From contig NC_082729.1 of the NCBI RefSeq assembly GCF_030144855.1, positions 23,684,001 through 23,748,000 on the forward strand: DNA of 64,000 bases. The letters run 5' to 3'. The notes below the pieces were generated by a model, which was not told where the DNA came from, made no database searches, and saw only the letters and a program-made list of their open reading frames with translations. The stretch comes from Hypanus sabinus (lineage: Eukaryota). Below, piece by piece: positions 1-13,000 of the stretch. The position numbers and the translations under genes were made by a program. The first letter of the stretch is position 1; every line of letters begins with the position of its first letter.

Positions 1-500
1 TACACCTCTACCATGTCACCACTTATCCTCCGCTGCAAAGAGAGAAGCCCTAGCTTGCTTGACCTTTCCTCATAAGACATGCTCTCTAATCCAGGCAGCA
101 TCATGGTGAATCTTTCCTATGCCCTCTCTAAAGCTTCCACATCCTTCCGATAATGAGTCGACCAGAACTGAGCAGAATACTCCAAGTGTTGTCTGACCAG
201 GGTTTCATAGAGCTGTAGCATTAGCTCATGGCTCTTCATCTCAAATTCATGGCCTGTGTCCCTCTGAACCTTTCCCATCCACGTACCTGTTAATGTAATG
301 ACCTCAATCGCTTCCCATGGCAGCTCGTTTCATATACCAGAAGATCATAAGGAATAGGAAGAGAATTGGCTTACTCGGCACATCGAGTTTGCTCAACCAT
401 TCCATTTTGGCTGATCTACTACCTCTCTTAATCCAATTTCCTTCCTGGTCCCCATAACCATTGACTCCCTCACTATCCGAGAACCTATCAACCTCCACTT
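1..500 (-). mobile_element. CR1 3' end / SINE-tail fragments
   Basis: Reverse complement of CR1 ORF2 C-terminal sequence (RPHLEY-like at ~175-205) plus a shared LINE/SINE tail. Confidence 0.7.
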
Positions 501-967
501 TAAAAGCCCAACCGGATAGCATCGACATCGATTTATTCATCTTCTGGTAATCATCTACCTCTGTCCCAAACCATCCCGCCCCCCAAATCACCTCCTAGTT
601 CACCTCTTCCACCCTCTCGATCAGTCTGTCTCACACACCCGCTTACTCTCACCCCTCCCTCCGGTTCCCCTCTACAACTCATGAAGGCTATAAGACAAAG
701 ACCAGTAGGCCATTCAGACCATCGTTTGCTGCACCATTTTTACCATAGTTGACTTATTGCATCACTCAACACCCACAAAACCCCCCTTTTTACTGAGCGT
801 CTCTACAGAGTCACTTGGTTAGTCCCTCGCCAGCAGCCACTGGACTCGACGTTGAGAAAACCACCTTTTTCATACTCTGTAGGACTAGGGTCAGTATGTC
901 CTGCAGTCCGTCAAATCGTGATGAAGGGGCGTTCTGCCCACACGTACGTGTGTGTGCGTGTACTCTG

Positions 968-1573
968 TGTTATATAGTGCCCCCCCCCCCCACAATCGCC
1001 CATCGGCAAGTAAATTAACAGTCCATACACGGCATAGAATTGCAAAGAAAGTATATTTATTAATGTTAACCTAGAATTAAAGAAAAGAAAGTTAAAAAAA
1101 AACAAAAAGGGCCCATCATAATTAAACGGGCAAGTTGGAGCTCATCTTGAAGTTGCCTTTAACCCGGCCGCTGGACCCACAGTCTGCATGGAAGGACACA
1201 CCAGTTTCCGAAAGTCCTTCGGAATCCATGCGAACAAGCGGGCACCCCCACGGGAGTATCGGCCCTTCCTCCTTGAAGCCGTTTATCTGTACAAAGCACC
1301 CATGTAACAGGGACCGCAGTCTCAGCCACCGTCCCTGCCGTCTTCTCCCAGCTCTCGCCAAAATGCCTCTGACCCACACCTGTGTTCTCTGGAACCTTCT
1401 CCCAGTTCCCCCGTCCTGATTGGCTGACACCACATTCCTAAGTTGAACAACAAAGCCCGGTATCTCAGCTCAAACCCAAAGAGGCTGAAATCAGAACAGA
1501 CTGCTCTTCCAGTACTGCTAAAGCGAAATGCTCCCAGCACAGCAGTAAAAATCTTAACCAAGACGTCATGTAC
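968..1573 (-). mobile_element. Possible solo LTR
   Basis: tgtt...taca ends and AATAAA on the - strand at ~1056. No TSD confirmed. Confidence 0.3.
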
Positions 1574-2932
1574 ACAAAATGCTGGAGAACCCCTCCTCCC
1601 AAACCTAACTCTGACTCCGCACCTTTATTCTCCACTCCTGCTGAAGAGTCTCAGCCGAAAAGTCAATAAATGCTGCTTGGTCTGCTGAGTTCCTGCAGTG
1701 TGTTGTCTGCGTCCAGCTTCCAGCTGGTCCAGATTTCCAGCTTCTGCAAATATTCCCTTGTTTATTATCTCACTCCGCCCTCTTCTCCTGCCTTCCCCAT
1801 AAACTATGAAGAACCTGTCAACCTGCACTTTAAATCTACCCAATTCCACAGATTCACCACCATCTGGCTAAATAAACTCCTCATTTCTATTCCAAAGGGA
1901 CATTCTTCTATTCTGCGGATGCCTAATTAAAAAGAAGCCGCGACTTGTCCCAACCTTGCCAACAACTTTGCTGAGCACACTGGGTGGGCCAAGTGGCCTA
2001 ATTCTGCTGCTTTGTCTTATGATCTTATTCTGAGGCTGTGTCCTCTGGTCCTCGACTCCCCCAATACTGTATATCCTCTCCACGTCCACTGTATCCAAGA
2101 AGTTCAGTATTCGATACATTTCAATCAGATCCCCCACCCCCCAACCACCACCTTCATTCTTTTAAGCTCCAGCGAGTTGGCCCGGAGCCATCAATTGCTC
2201 CTCCAATGTTAATCCTTTCATTCCCGGGATCACTCTCGTCAACCGTCTGACACGTCCATATGAACCACCCCCCGTGGGAAAATCTTCTTGCCTTATGTGT
2301 GTTCCATCTTACCGGAAAATTGTGCCCTCTAGAATTAGGCTTCCCTGCTCTGGGGGAGGAGTGGACTCTGTGACCATCCTACTGCCTCACACCCATCTCT
2401 CACTCTCACCTTCCTCTCTTCGCTCTGCCCGAGTCCTTTCCCCTCTGCTTCGGGCCTGATAACTCCTTGAGCTCTGCAGTGCAGGCAGAAGGGGCAACGT
2501 ACGGTGGTCAGAACTGGAGATTTGCCTGTCACTCTGAGAGAGCGGGAATCTAGGAGAGAATCGTATTCTCCTACCTTACCGAGAAAGGGAGGGAGAAGCG
2601 GAGAGGGTGATAAGTTTATTCTGATGCCTACCCTCGCCCCCCCCCCCAAGAAAGCGAGGGAGAGCCGGAAGAGGAGGGTAATAGTACGAATGAACGTATT
2701 CTGTAACCTGTCCCCCCCACCCAGAAGGGGGGAGTATGCAATTAGATGTACTCTGCTGTGTTCACCCCACCCCCACACAAGAAAGGGAGATGCGGAGTCA
2801 GGAGAGAGAGATGATCGTATTCTGCTGTCTCACTTCGAGAAAGGGAAGAGAGCTAGCAGAGAGAGAGAGATAATGTAACCGAACGTATTCTGCAACCTGT
2901 TCACCGTCCCCTCCCGGAGAAAAGGGGGGGGG

Positions 2933-2936
<4 letters not shown>

Positions 2937-2981
<45 letters not shown>
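2937..2981 (+). repeat. (GA)n microsatellite
   Basis: Direct reading. Confidence 0.97.
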
Positions 2982-2985
<4 letters not shown>

Positions 2986-3329
2986 TGTTAACAGGAGAGG
3001 AGAGATAAGGCAACTCAATGTACACCGCTATCTGTCTCCACCCAACCCCCGCCCCGAGGGTGATAATATAACAACCTATTCTGTAACCTGCCGCCCCCCC
3101 CCCGAGAATCTGCATTTAATACTGACTTTCCTTTGACCGATGAATGTGTTAATAAAGGGAATGATAAATCTTTCGAAATCGAGTTTATTGTCATCTGAAC
3201 ACGCACACTGAGAAACTTACTTGTTCCAACAGCAGATGCAAGGTGAACGCAAATTTGACCCATTTTCGAACAAGCAAGCACGATTAGAATGATTCTAGTT
3301 AGCAACCCCATCCCCATCTATCTACACTG

Positions 3330-3640
3330 AGAAGGTACATGCTCGTTAGTGCAGATATCGAATCAGCCAATCACGTGGCGGCAACTCAATGCATTAAAGC
3401 ATGCCGACATGGCCAAGAGGTTCAGACCAAACATCAGAATGAGGAGGACATGTGATCTAATTGTCATTGACCATGGGGTGCCATGGGTTGGTGCCAGATG
3501 GGGTGGTTCGAGGATCTCAGAGACTGCTGATCTGCCATTTTCAACAGTCTCCTGAGTGTGAAGATCAAACAACCACACACTCACACACAAAACGCATCCA
3601 GTGAGCCACCGGTCTTTGGGCGAAAACTTGCTAACGAGAG
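3330..3640 (+). mobile_element. Tc1/mariner transposon remnant; related copies at ~25050-25276 plus 29836-29960 (split by L1) and ~55220-55545
   Basis: tcagccaatcacgtggcggcaactcaatgcat...atcagaatg and a GAR..ISETADL transposase N-terminus. Confidence 0.75.
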
Positions 3641-3812
3641 CCAGAAAAGAGAAATTCTGCAGATCCTGGAACCTCAAGTAACACACTCGCACAATATTGG
3701 AGGAACTCAGCAGGCGAGGCAGCATCTGTGGAAAAGATTAAGCAGCTGACGTTTTCAACTAGGCCGTTTCAGGTCCTGACGAAGGGTCTCGACTCTGAAG
3801 AGTAATTCTGCT

Positions 3813-3975
3813 NNNNNNNNNNNNNNNNNNNNNNNNNNNNNNNNNNNNNNNNNNNNNNNNNNNNNNNNNNNNNNNNNNNNNNNNNNNNNNNNNNNNNNNN
3901 NNNNNNNNNNNNNNNNNNNNNNNNNNNNNNNNNNNNNNNNNNNNNNNNNNNNNNNNNNNNNNNNNNNNNNNNNNN
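3813..3975. other. Assembly gap (163 N)
   Basis: Run of N, flanked on both sides by Penelope terminal repeats. Confidence 1.
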
Positions 3976-5260
3976 GAAACCCGAGCAACACACACAAAAT
4001 GCTGGAGGAACTCAGCAGGCCAGGCAGCATCGCTGGGAAAGAGTACAGTCGACGTTTCGGTCCAAAACCCTTTGGCAGGACTTAAGAACAAAGCTGAGGA
4101 GTAGATTTGAAAGGCGGGGGAAGGGGAGAGATAACCACCCGGTGACAGGTGGAGGGAGAGGGATGAAGGAAAGAGCTGGGAAGTTGATCGGTGAAAGAGA
4201 CGGAATCCCATGGAAGAAAGAAAAATGGGGAGGGGCACCAGAGGGAGGCGAGGGGCGGGGAAGAGGCGAGATACGGTGAGGAAAGGAAAAGGGGATGTGA
4301 AATGGAGAAGGGGGCGGGGGGTGTTTGGGGGCATTACCGGAAGTTAGAAAAAGCGGTGTTTATGCTACCCAAACGGAATATATGGCGTTATTCCTCCAAC
4401 CTACGTCATCACGACAGTGGGGGAGGCTGTGGATGAACGGGAAGTGGAATTAAAATGGGTGGCCACTGGGAGATCCCGCTTGTTCTGGCGGATGGAGCGT
4501 GGGTGTTCAGCGAAGTGGTCTCCCAATCTAGGCCGGGTCTCCCCAACGTACAGGAGGCCACGCTGGAAACACTGAACACAGTAAATGACCCCAACAGACC
4601 CACGGGCGAAGTGTCCCCTCACCTGGAAGGACTGTTTCGGGCCCTGCTGGTAGTGAGGGAGGTGTAGGGGGGGGGGGGAGGGTTTGCACACGTTCCGCTT
4701 GCAAGGGTAAGTGCCAGAAGGGAGATCAGTGGAGAGTTACGAATGGACAAGGGAGTCACGTAGGGAGTGAACCCTGCGGAAAACAGAAAGTGCGGCGGGG
4801 GGGGGAGAGATGTATTTGGTGGCGGGATCCAGTTGGAGGTGGAGAAAGTTTCGAAGAATTAAGTGCTGGAAGCTGGTGGGGTTGCAAGTGAGGACAAGAG
4901 GAACCATATCCTTGGTAGGGTGGCTGGCTGGAAGGTGGGCTGAGAGCAGACACGCGTGAAATGGCAGAGATGCGGTTGAGGGTGCAGGAAGAGAAGCACA
5001 TCTCCTTCGTTCCAGAATGAAAAGACTCATCCTGAGAGCAGATGCGGCGGCGACGGAGGGATTGAGAAAAGGGGATGGCATTTTACGAGTCGCAGGGTGG
5101 GAGAGTCTATGGGTTTTTAATGAACGTCAGTGGATAAGCTGTTTCCGGAGACAGTCAGATCGAGAAAGGGAAGGAAGGTGTCGAAATTGAATTTGAAAGT
5201 AGAGTGGAAGTGGGAGGCAAAGCGGACGAGGTCGACGGGGTCAGCAGGGCTGCAGGAAGC
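3976..5260 (-). mobile_element. Penelope-like element fragment (GIY-YIG endonuclease plus terminal repeat)
   Basis: GVIYCVQC...LLYVGETRPRLGDHFAEH...VATHFN (ORF 4401-4691) and the terminus acacacaaaatgctggaggaactcagcagg. Confidence 0.88.
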
Positions 5261-5499
5261 AGCCGTCAATGAAGCGCAGGAAAAGGTGTTTGTGCGTGCT
5301 GTTAATCCGAGAGGTCAGAGGAGAATGGCCAGACTGGAGAGAGCGCCCCTTTCCACGCCCTTCACACAATGAGGAGATTCCTCACCGCCCCCCAGGCAAT
5401 ACCCCTCCCACAATGCCGAGATACCTCCACTCACAGCCCCTCCCACAGTGCGACTCTCCCTTGGTTTTCGCTGATGATGTGACAAGACTTCAGTTCCAC

Positions 5500-5716
5500 A
5501 AATTTCGCGGAAAATTGTTTCGTTTCCCCATCAAGGATCCGCAAACCTCACGGGCCAATGAGAGGACGGCCAACCTCATTAATATTCACCAGGGCGCTAA
5601 ATTATTCATTAAAAAGTTGCCCAGTCCTCAAATCACGGCTTCTTACTCGATGATGTCAGGGCCCGTGACCGGAACCTGATTCTAGTTCGCCGCGGCGGTG
5701 CCGGTACTCGGGTTAG
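5500..5716 (+). promoter_or_regulatory. Probable rab7-like promoter and non-coding exon 1
   Basis: CpG-rich patch, CCAAT at 5555-5559, ETS-like CCGGAA at 5669-5674, and a possible donor CGG|gttagg at ~5712, about 1 kb upstream of the first coding exon acceptor. Confidence 0.5.
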
Positions 5717-5719
5717 GAA

Positions 5720-6200
5720 GGAGCGTCTCGGGGGTATTGTGGGGTAGGTGGGAGAGTGTCTCGAGGGGAATGTGGGATAGGTGGGGGGGGGAGTGTGTCC
5801 TTGGGGGAGAGGTTGAGCATATGGAGAGAGTGTGGGGTAGCATCCAGGGGGAGAGTGGGGTAGGTGGGTGAGGGAGTGCCCCGAGTGGTGTGGGGGAGGG
5901 ACAATCCCGGGGCAATGTGGGGGAAGGGGAAGCGTCCCGGGGGCATTGTGGGTAGGTGAGGGGAGTGTCCCGGAGGAAATGTGGGATAGGTGGGGGGGGC
6001 GAGCATCCTGGGGTGGGGGGGAGTGTGCGGTAGGTGCGGGTGTGGGGGAGCATCCCAGAGGGGAATCTGGAGTAGGCGGGGGGGGGAGAGAAGAGGTTCT
6101 TGTGGGGAGTGTGAATTATGAGGGTGGGGAAGCATCCTGCTTGGGGGTGGTGTGGGGAGAGTCCTGAGGGTAGTGTAGTGGTGAGGGGCAGGGTGTTATG
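5720..6200 (+). repeat. Degenerate G-rich tandem repeat (~35-40 bp, gggaatgtgggtaggtgggggggagtgtcc-like)
   Basis: Recurrent tgtgggtaggtg/gagcatcc motifs, many G-runs and an extreme G skew. Confidence 0.7.
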
Positions 6201-6766
6201 ACCTGGCAGAGGTGGGAACCCTGGGGCTTGCAAGTGAAAGAGTTTTTTTTTGAGGGACTGGAGCGCCTGGTGAGGAAGCTATTGGTGGGGGGGGGGGGAG
6301 GTTTGTTGGGAGGATCTTGAGGTGTGTGTTGGAGTTCCTCGTCCGATGGGAGGGAGAAGGCCATTGCCCAAGGGAATTCCAGGGGCTGGAGGTTGAGGGG
6401 AGGATATGTGGGCTGGTGAGAAGGGAGAATATGGGAGGAGAAGCTGGCTGTTGGAAAAGGGTGGTGAAGTGGGTGGGTTTTTCGAGAGGAGTGCAGAGAA
6501 CGGGGTGAGATCTGGGATTTTCCCCTTTCCATGCAGATCCCGGGATCTCCTCCCCTGTGGACCCCCCCCCCCCCCACCCCAGGTTCCAGAGCTCCAAGTG
6601 GGAGAAGAATGGGAGCAGTTGAGCTGGGGCTACTGGGAGAAGGGGAAGAGGTCATTGGAGAGGGTGTGAGAACGATGAGCTGGGGTTTGTGCATGCGCCT
6701 GTGCCTGGTGTTCCCTGTCCGGGGGGGAGGAACTCACCCCTCTGTCTATACCTGTCCCTTCTGCAG

Positions 6767-6830
6767 CTCACAGCACGATGGCATGGCGGAAGAAGGTATT
6801 ATTGAAAGTGATCGTCCTGGGAGATGCCGG
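6767..6830 (+). CDS. rab7a-like: rab7-like first coding exon (acceptor ctgcag ending 6766, ATG 6778, donor GG|gtgagg)
   Basis: Encodes [17 protein letters not shown](G). Missed by the ORF track. The upstream acceptor implies a non-coding exon 1. Confidence 0.93.
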
Positions 6831-9800
6831 GTGAGGAGCACGTCAGAACTCCGGAAACATGGTGGCAGCCGGGGAGTGTGTGGTCCTGTAAACCGGGGTT
6901 GGGTAGGGAAAAGCCCCTTTCTCTCTGCATTAGAGGGCATCAGTTCTTTGGAGTGCAGGAGTGGAGCTCTGACAGGGCTTTCTTACTGACAGAGTATGGT
7001 GAGTGCCTGGAATGTGCTGCCTGGCTCGGTGGTAGAGGCTGTGACCAACGTGTAAGAATATGGACGTTGAGTAGGCAGAGGAGATCAGTTTAGTTGGCCA
7101 CGATCCCTAATTTACTTGGTTCAGCAGGACTTTGTGGGCCGAGTGGCCTGTACCATTCCATATCTGTGTTCCCTCCGGGGCCGGGCTGTGTGGTGTCCTC
7201 AATGATCTGGCTGCCCTGCTGAGACCTGAGATGATGTGGGTAGAGTTCACGGAGGGGAGGCTGCTTCCTGCGGTCGCGTGCGGAGCAGTTGCCGCACCGA
7301 GCCGCGAAGGGTTTTCGGTGGAAGGGAAGTTGCTGTTCCTGAGCCTGGAGATGCGAGAAGATGGCCCGGGTCGGGCGGTGGGGGTCTTGGGCTGTCTCCG
7401 AGGCGGGCGGGAGTCTGGTGTTCGGGGTAGGGGTGGGGTGCCAATTTGGTGCTGACCTCTCCCTCTCCACTCCCCAGGGTGGGGAAGACCTCGCTGATGA
7501 ATCAGTATGTGAACAAGAGGTTCAGTAAACAGTACAAAGCGACTATCGGCGTCGACTTCCTCACCAGGGAAGTGATGGTGGGAGACCGACTGGTCACCAT
7601 GCAGGTGAATGCCTCTCCTCCATCACTTGCTGCCGCCTGTCCTCGGTGATCTTTCGCACTCTCTGTGCTCCCGTGTTCTTTCTCAATACCCAATACCTCT
7701 CCTCGCACAGGGAACTTCACTGTGTCTGACCCCGGGAGTGTGTGATGGGACGGTGTGGAGGGAGTTTCACTCTGTGTCTGACCCCGGGAGTGTGTGATGG
7801 GACGGTGTGGAGGGAGCTTCACTCTGTGTCTGACCCTGGGAGTGTGTGATGGGACGGTGTGGAGGGAGTTTCACTCAGTGTCTGACCCCGGGAGTGTGTG
7901 ATGGGACGGTGTGGAGGGAGTTTCACTCTGTGTCTGACCCCGGGAGTGTGTGATGGGACAGTGTGGAGGGAGCTTCACTCTGTGTCTGACCCCGGGAGTG
8001 TGTGATGGGACGGTGTGGAGGGAGATTCACTCTGTGTCTGACCCCGGGAGTGTGTGATGGGACGGTGTGGAGGGAGTTTCACTCTGTGTCTGACCCCGGG
8101 AGTGTGTGATGGGACGGTGTGGAGGGAGTTTCACTCTGTGTCTGACCCCGGGAGTGTGTGATGGGACGGTGTGGAGGGAGATTCACTCTGTGTCTGACCC
8201 CAGGAGTGTGTGGTGGGACGATGTGGGACGAGTTTCACTCTGTGTCTGACCCCGGGAGTGTGTAATGGGACGGTGTGGAGGGTGTTTCACTCTGTGTCTG
8301 ACCCTGGGAGTGTGTGATGGGACGGTGTGGAGGGAGTTTCACTCTGTATCTGACCCCGCGAGTGTGTGGTGGGACGATGTGGGACGAGTTTCACTCTGTA
8401 TCTGACCCCGGGAGTGTGTGGTGGGACGATGTGGGACGAGTTTCACTCTGTGTCTGACCCTGGGAGTGTGTGATGGGACGGTGTGGAGGGAGTTTCACTC
8501 TGTGTCTGACCCTGGGAGTGTGTGATGGGACGGTGTGGAGGGAGTTTCACTCTGTGTCTGACCCTGGGAGTGTGTGATGGGACGGTGTGGAGGGAGTTTC
8601 ACTCTGTATCTGACCCCGGGAGTGTGTGGTGGGACGATGTAGGACGAGTTTCACTCTGTGTCTGACCCTGGGAGTGTGTGATGGGACGGTGTGGAGGGAG
8701 TTTCACTCTGTGTCTGACCCCAGGAGTGTGTGGTGGGACGATGTGGGACGAGTTTCACTCTGTGTCTGACCCCGGGAGTGTGTAATGGGATGGTGTGGAG
8801 GGAGTTTCACTCTGTGTCTGACCCTGGGAGTGTGTGATGGGACGGTGTAGGATGAGTTTCACTCTGTGTCTGACCCCGGGAATGTGTGATGGGACGGTGT
8901 GGAGGGAGTTTCACTCTGTATCTGACCCCGGGAGTGTGTGGTGGGACGATGTAGGACGAGTTTCACTCTGTGTCTGACCCCGGGAGTGTGTGATGGGACG
9001 GTGTGGAGGGAGTTTCACTCTGTATCTGACCCCGGGAGTGTGTGGTGGGACGATGTAGGACGAGTTTCACTCTGTGTCTGACCCCGGGAGTGTGTGATGG
9101 GACGGTGTGGAGGGAGATTCACTCTGTATCTGACCCTGGGAGTGTGTGATGGGACGGTTTGGAGGGAGCTTCGCTCTGTGTCCAACCCTGGAGTGTGTGA
9201 TGAGATGGTACAGTATGCCTGATCCTAAGAGTGTGGTGTGACTGTATTGCGCTCCATCCCGCAGATCTGGGACACGGCCGGCCAGGAACGGTTCCAATCC
9301 CTGGGGGTCTCTTTTTACCGTGGCGCTGACTGCTGCGTACTGGTGTTTGATGTCACCATGCCCAACTCCTTCAAGGCACTGGACAGCTGGCGGGACGAGT
9401 TCTTGATCCAGGCCAGCCCGCGGGACCCTGAGAACTTCCCCTTCATTGTCCTGGCTAACAAGGTCGACCTGGAGGCTCGTCTGGTGCCCAGCAAGCCGGC
9501 GCTGGTCTGGTGCCAGAGGAAAAACAACATTCCCTACTTTGAGACGAGCGCCAAGGAAGCCACCAACGTGGACCAGGCCTTCCAGACCATTGTCCTCAAC
9601 TTCCTGAAGCAGGTATCTGAGTGCGCACTGCAGGAGGGTTTTGGAGAGGGTGCTTAGCCTTCTTTATCCCTTTACCTTTTCCATCATCAGCTCTCAGCTT
9701 CTCACCTTGCCTTTCCCCCCTGACTCCAGCTATCACCTTCCAGCTTGTCCTCCTTCTCTACCTTCTTCCGTTTTCTTTCCAGTCCTGGTAAGACCGCAAG

Positions 9801-12800
9801 ACCATAAGGTATAGGAGCAGAATCAGGCGATTTAGTCCATCGAGTCTGCACTGCCATCTCATCATGCCTGATTCAATTTTCCTCTCAGCCTCAATCTCTT
9901 GGCTTCACCCTGTATCCCTTTCCGCCCTGACCAATCAAGAATCTATCAACCTTTGTCATGAATATACACAAAGACTTGTCCTCCATGGCTCCTCGTGGCA
10001 ACAAATTCAATAGATTCACCACTCTCTGGCTGAAGTAAATCCTGCTCATCTCTGTTCTAACAGGACACCTCTCTATTCTGAGCCAGTGTTCTCCGTGACT
10101 GTCCCACCATAGGAAACATCCTTTACATATCCACTCTATCAAGGCATTTCTGCACTTGATAGGTTTCAATTGGGCAACCCCTCATCCTTCTAAATTCTAG
10201 AGAATACAGCCCAGAGCCACCAAATGCCTTTTATATGACAAGCCTTCAATCCTGGAATAATTTACATGAATCTCCTTTGAATCCTTTCCAGTTTCAGAAC
10301 ATCCTTTCTAAGATAAGGGATCCAACGTTGCTCACAGCACTCCAAATGAGGTCTCACAGTGCTTCATAAATTCTCAACGTTACATCTTTGTTTTTATATT
10401 CTAGTCCTCTTGAAATGAATGCTAATATCACATTTGTCTTCCTCACCACAGACTCACCTGAAAACTAACTTTTAGGGAATCCTGCACAAGGACTCCCAAG
10501 CCCCTTTGTGCCTCAGTTTTAAAAAATATGTTCACTCTATTTACAAATTGTAAACTCCAAAGTGTATGACCATACATTTCCCACCACTGTATTCCATCTG
10601 CCATGTCTTTGCCCATTCTCGTAATCTGTCTAAATCCTAATGTAGCCTCTCTACTTCCTCAAAACAACCTGACCCTCCACCTAACTACATAACATCTGCA
10701 GACTTTGCAACAAAGCCATCAATTCCATCATCCAAATCATTGACATATAAAACGAATTGGTCCCAACACAGACCCCCGCGGAACACCAGTAGTCACCAGC
10801 AACCAACCAGAAAAGGCTCCCTTTATTCCCTCTCTTTGCCTCCTGCCAAGCAGCCTCTGCTTTATCCAAGTTAGAATATTCTGTAGTTGTTTGTTAAACA
10901 GCCTCGTGTGTGGTACCTTGTCAAAGGCTTTCTGATAATCCAAGTGCACAACATCAACTGATTCTCCTTTGTCTATCCTGCTTGTTATTTCCTCAAAGAA
11001 TTCCAACAGATTTGTCAGGCAAGATTTTCCATCGAGGAAACCGTGCTGACTGTGGCCTATTTTATCACGTGCACCCAAATACCCTGAAACCACACCCCTA
11101 ATCGATTCCAACACCTTCCCAATGGCTGAGTTCAGACTAACTATCCTATAATTTCCATTCTTCTGCCTCTCTCTCTTCCTGAAGAGTGGAGTGACATTTG
11201 CAGTTTTCCAGTCTTCATTCCAGAATCTAGTGATTCTTGATAGATTATTACAAAATCCTCCAGAATCTCTTCAGAACCCTGGGGTGTAGACCATCCCATC
11301 CAGGTGACATCTACCTTCAGCCCTTTTAGTTTCTCTCTAGTAATGGTAACTTCACACACTTCATGACCCCCGACATCTGGAACTTCCAACATACTGCTAT
11401 TCTATTCGACAATGAAGACCGATGCAAATACTTATTTACCTCATCCGCCGTTTCCTTGTCCCCCCATTACTACCTCCCCAGCATTGTTTTCCAGCACTCT
11501 GATATTCACTCGTTTCTTTTTACACTGTATCTCAAGAGACTTTTGGTATCCTCTTTAAAATTGTTGGCAAGCTTACTATTGTATTGAATCTTTACCTTAG
11601 TGACTCTTATCTGCTTTTGTTGGTTTTTAAAATCTTCCTAATCCTCTAACTTCACAATATTTTTTTCTGTTTATTATATGCCCTGTCTTTGGGTTTTATG
11701 TTGACTGTGACTTCTTCTGTTAGCAATGCTTGTGTCATCTTGCCTTTAGAATACCTCTGCTTTGGGATGTATAGATCCTGTGCCTTCCGAATTGCTTCCA
11801 GAAATTCCAGCCACTGCTGCTACACCTTCTGCCATGTCAGTGTTCTTTTCCAAACAATTCTGGCCAACTGCTCTCTCATGCCTCTGTAATTCCCTTTACT
11901 CCACTATAAATCTGATACACCTGTCTTAAGCTATTCTCCAATATCAGGGTAAATTCAATTATAGTGTGATTACCTGCCCCTAAGGTTGATTTTCCTTCAG
12001 CTTTCTACTCCTTTCTGGCTCACTGCAGAATTTGCCCAGTCGAGAATAGCTGATCCCCTAACGAGCTGCTCAAAAGAGGAGCTCGTAGGTGTTCTAGAAA
12101 ATTCCTCCCCTTGGAATCTGATTTTCCAAATCTACCTGCACATTGAAGTTCCCCATGATACTGTCCTTTTGGTACACATTTTCTACCTCCTGTTGTAAAT
12201 GTGGACCACATTCTTACTCCTGTTGCAGGATCTCGGCCTGGAATGTTGTCTGTTTATTGCTCTGCATGGATGCTGCCTGTCCTGCTGAGTTCCTCCGGCA
12301 TTTTGTATATGTTCACCTACCGCAAAAGAGCATCTTCTCCTCCAGCATTTCCCCAGGGACTGCTCTCTTCTTCATTCCCTTGTCCAGTCGTCCACCCCAC
12401 TGATCTCCGTCCTACGACTTACCCCTGCGAGCAGCCAAAGTGCTACACCTGCACATTCACCTCCCTCACCCCGTTCAGGGCAAAAAATCAGTCCTTCGAG
12501 GGGAGACAACACTTCAGCTACGAGTCGTTTGGGGGGCACCTCCTGCTGCAGCCTCCGGCACATTGGCGGCGCCTGATGTAGATGGGGGGGGGCTGCTCCA
12601 TCAAGCAGCATCGGGCAGGTCCGCCACAGCAGGCGTGTCTTCCCGGTGACGGCCCATTTTGATTCCACTGCACGAGGCCACCCATTTCAATGCGACTTCC
12701 CATTCCAACGCGTCAATCCATGGCCTCCCCTCTCGCCACGCTGAGGCCACACCCAGTCTGGAGAAGCAGCACCTTATATTCCATCTGGGTGGCCTCCAAC

Positions 12801-12956
12801 CGGATGGCTTGGACATCGACTCTAACTTGGACTCTAACTTCTGGTCACCACCTACCTCTGCCCCCAGCACCACACACACACACACACACACACAGGCACA
12901 CACACTCACACATACCCACACACACACACTCACACATACCCACACACACACACTCA

Positions 12957-13000
<44 letters not shown>

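Noticed and set aside
5269-5679. ORF starting MKRRKRCLCVLLI as a possible Rab7 N-terminus
   Set aside because: The true first coding exon ([18 protein letters not shown]) is at 6778-6830 with the correct size and phase.
5682-6694. Long Pro/His-rich minus-strand ORFs
   Set aside because: Artefacts of low-complexity G-rich sequence lacking stops.
7712-9205. CRISPR-like appearance of the regular repeat array
   Set aside because: Head-to-tail 52-bp units with no unique spacers and no cas genes, inside a eukaryotic intron.
9613-9657. Rab7 ORF read-through ending [14 protein letters not shown]
   Set aside because: It is intronic after a canonical CAG|gtatct donor and lacks the prenylation motif supplied by exon 14637-14732.
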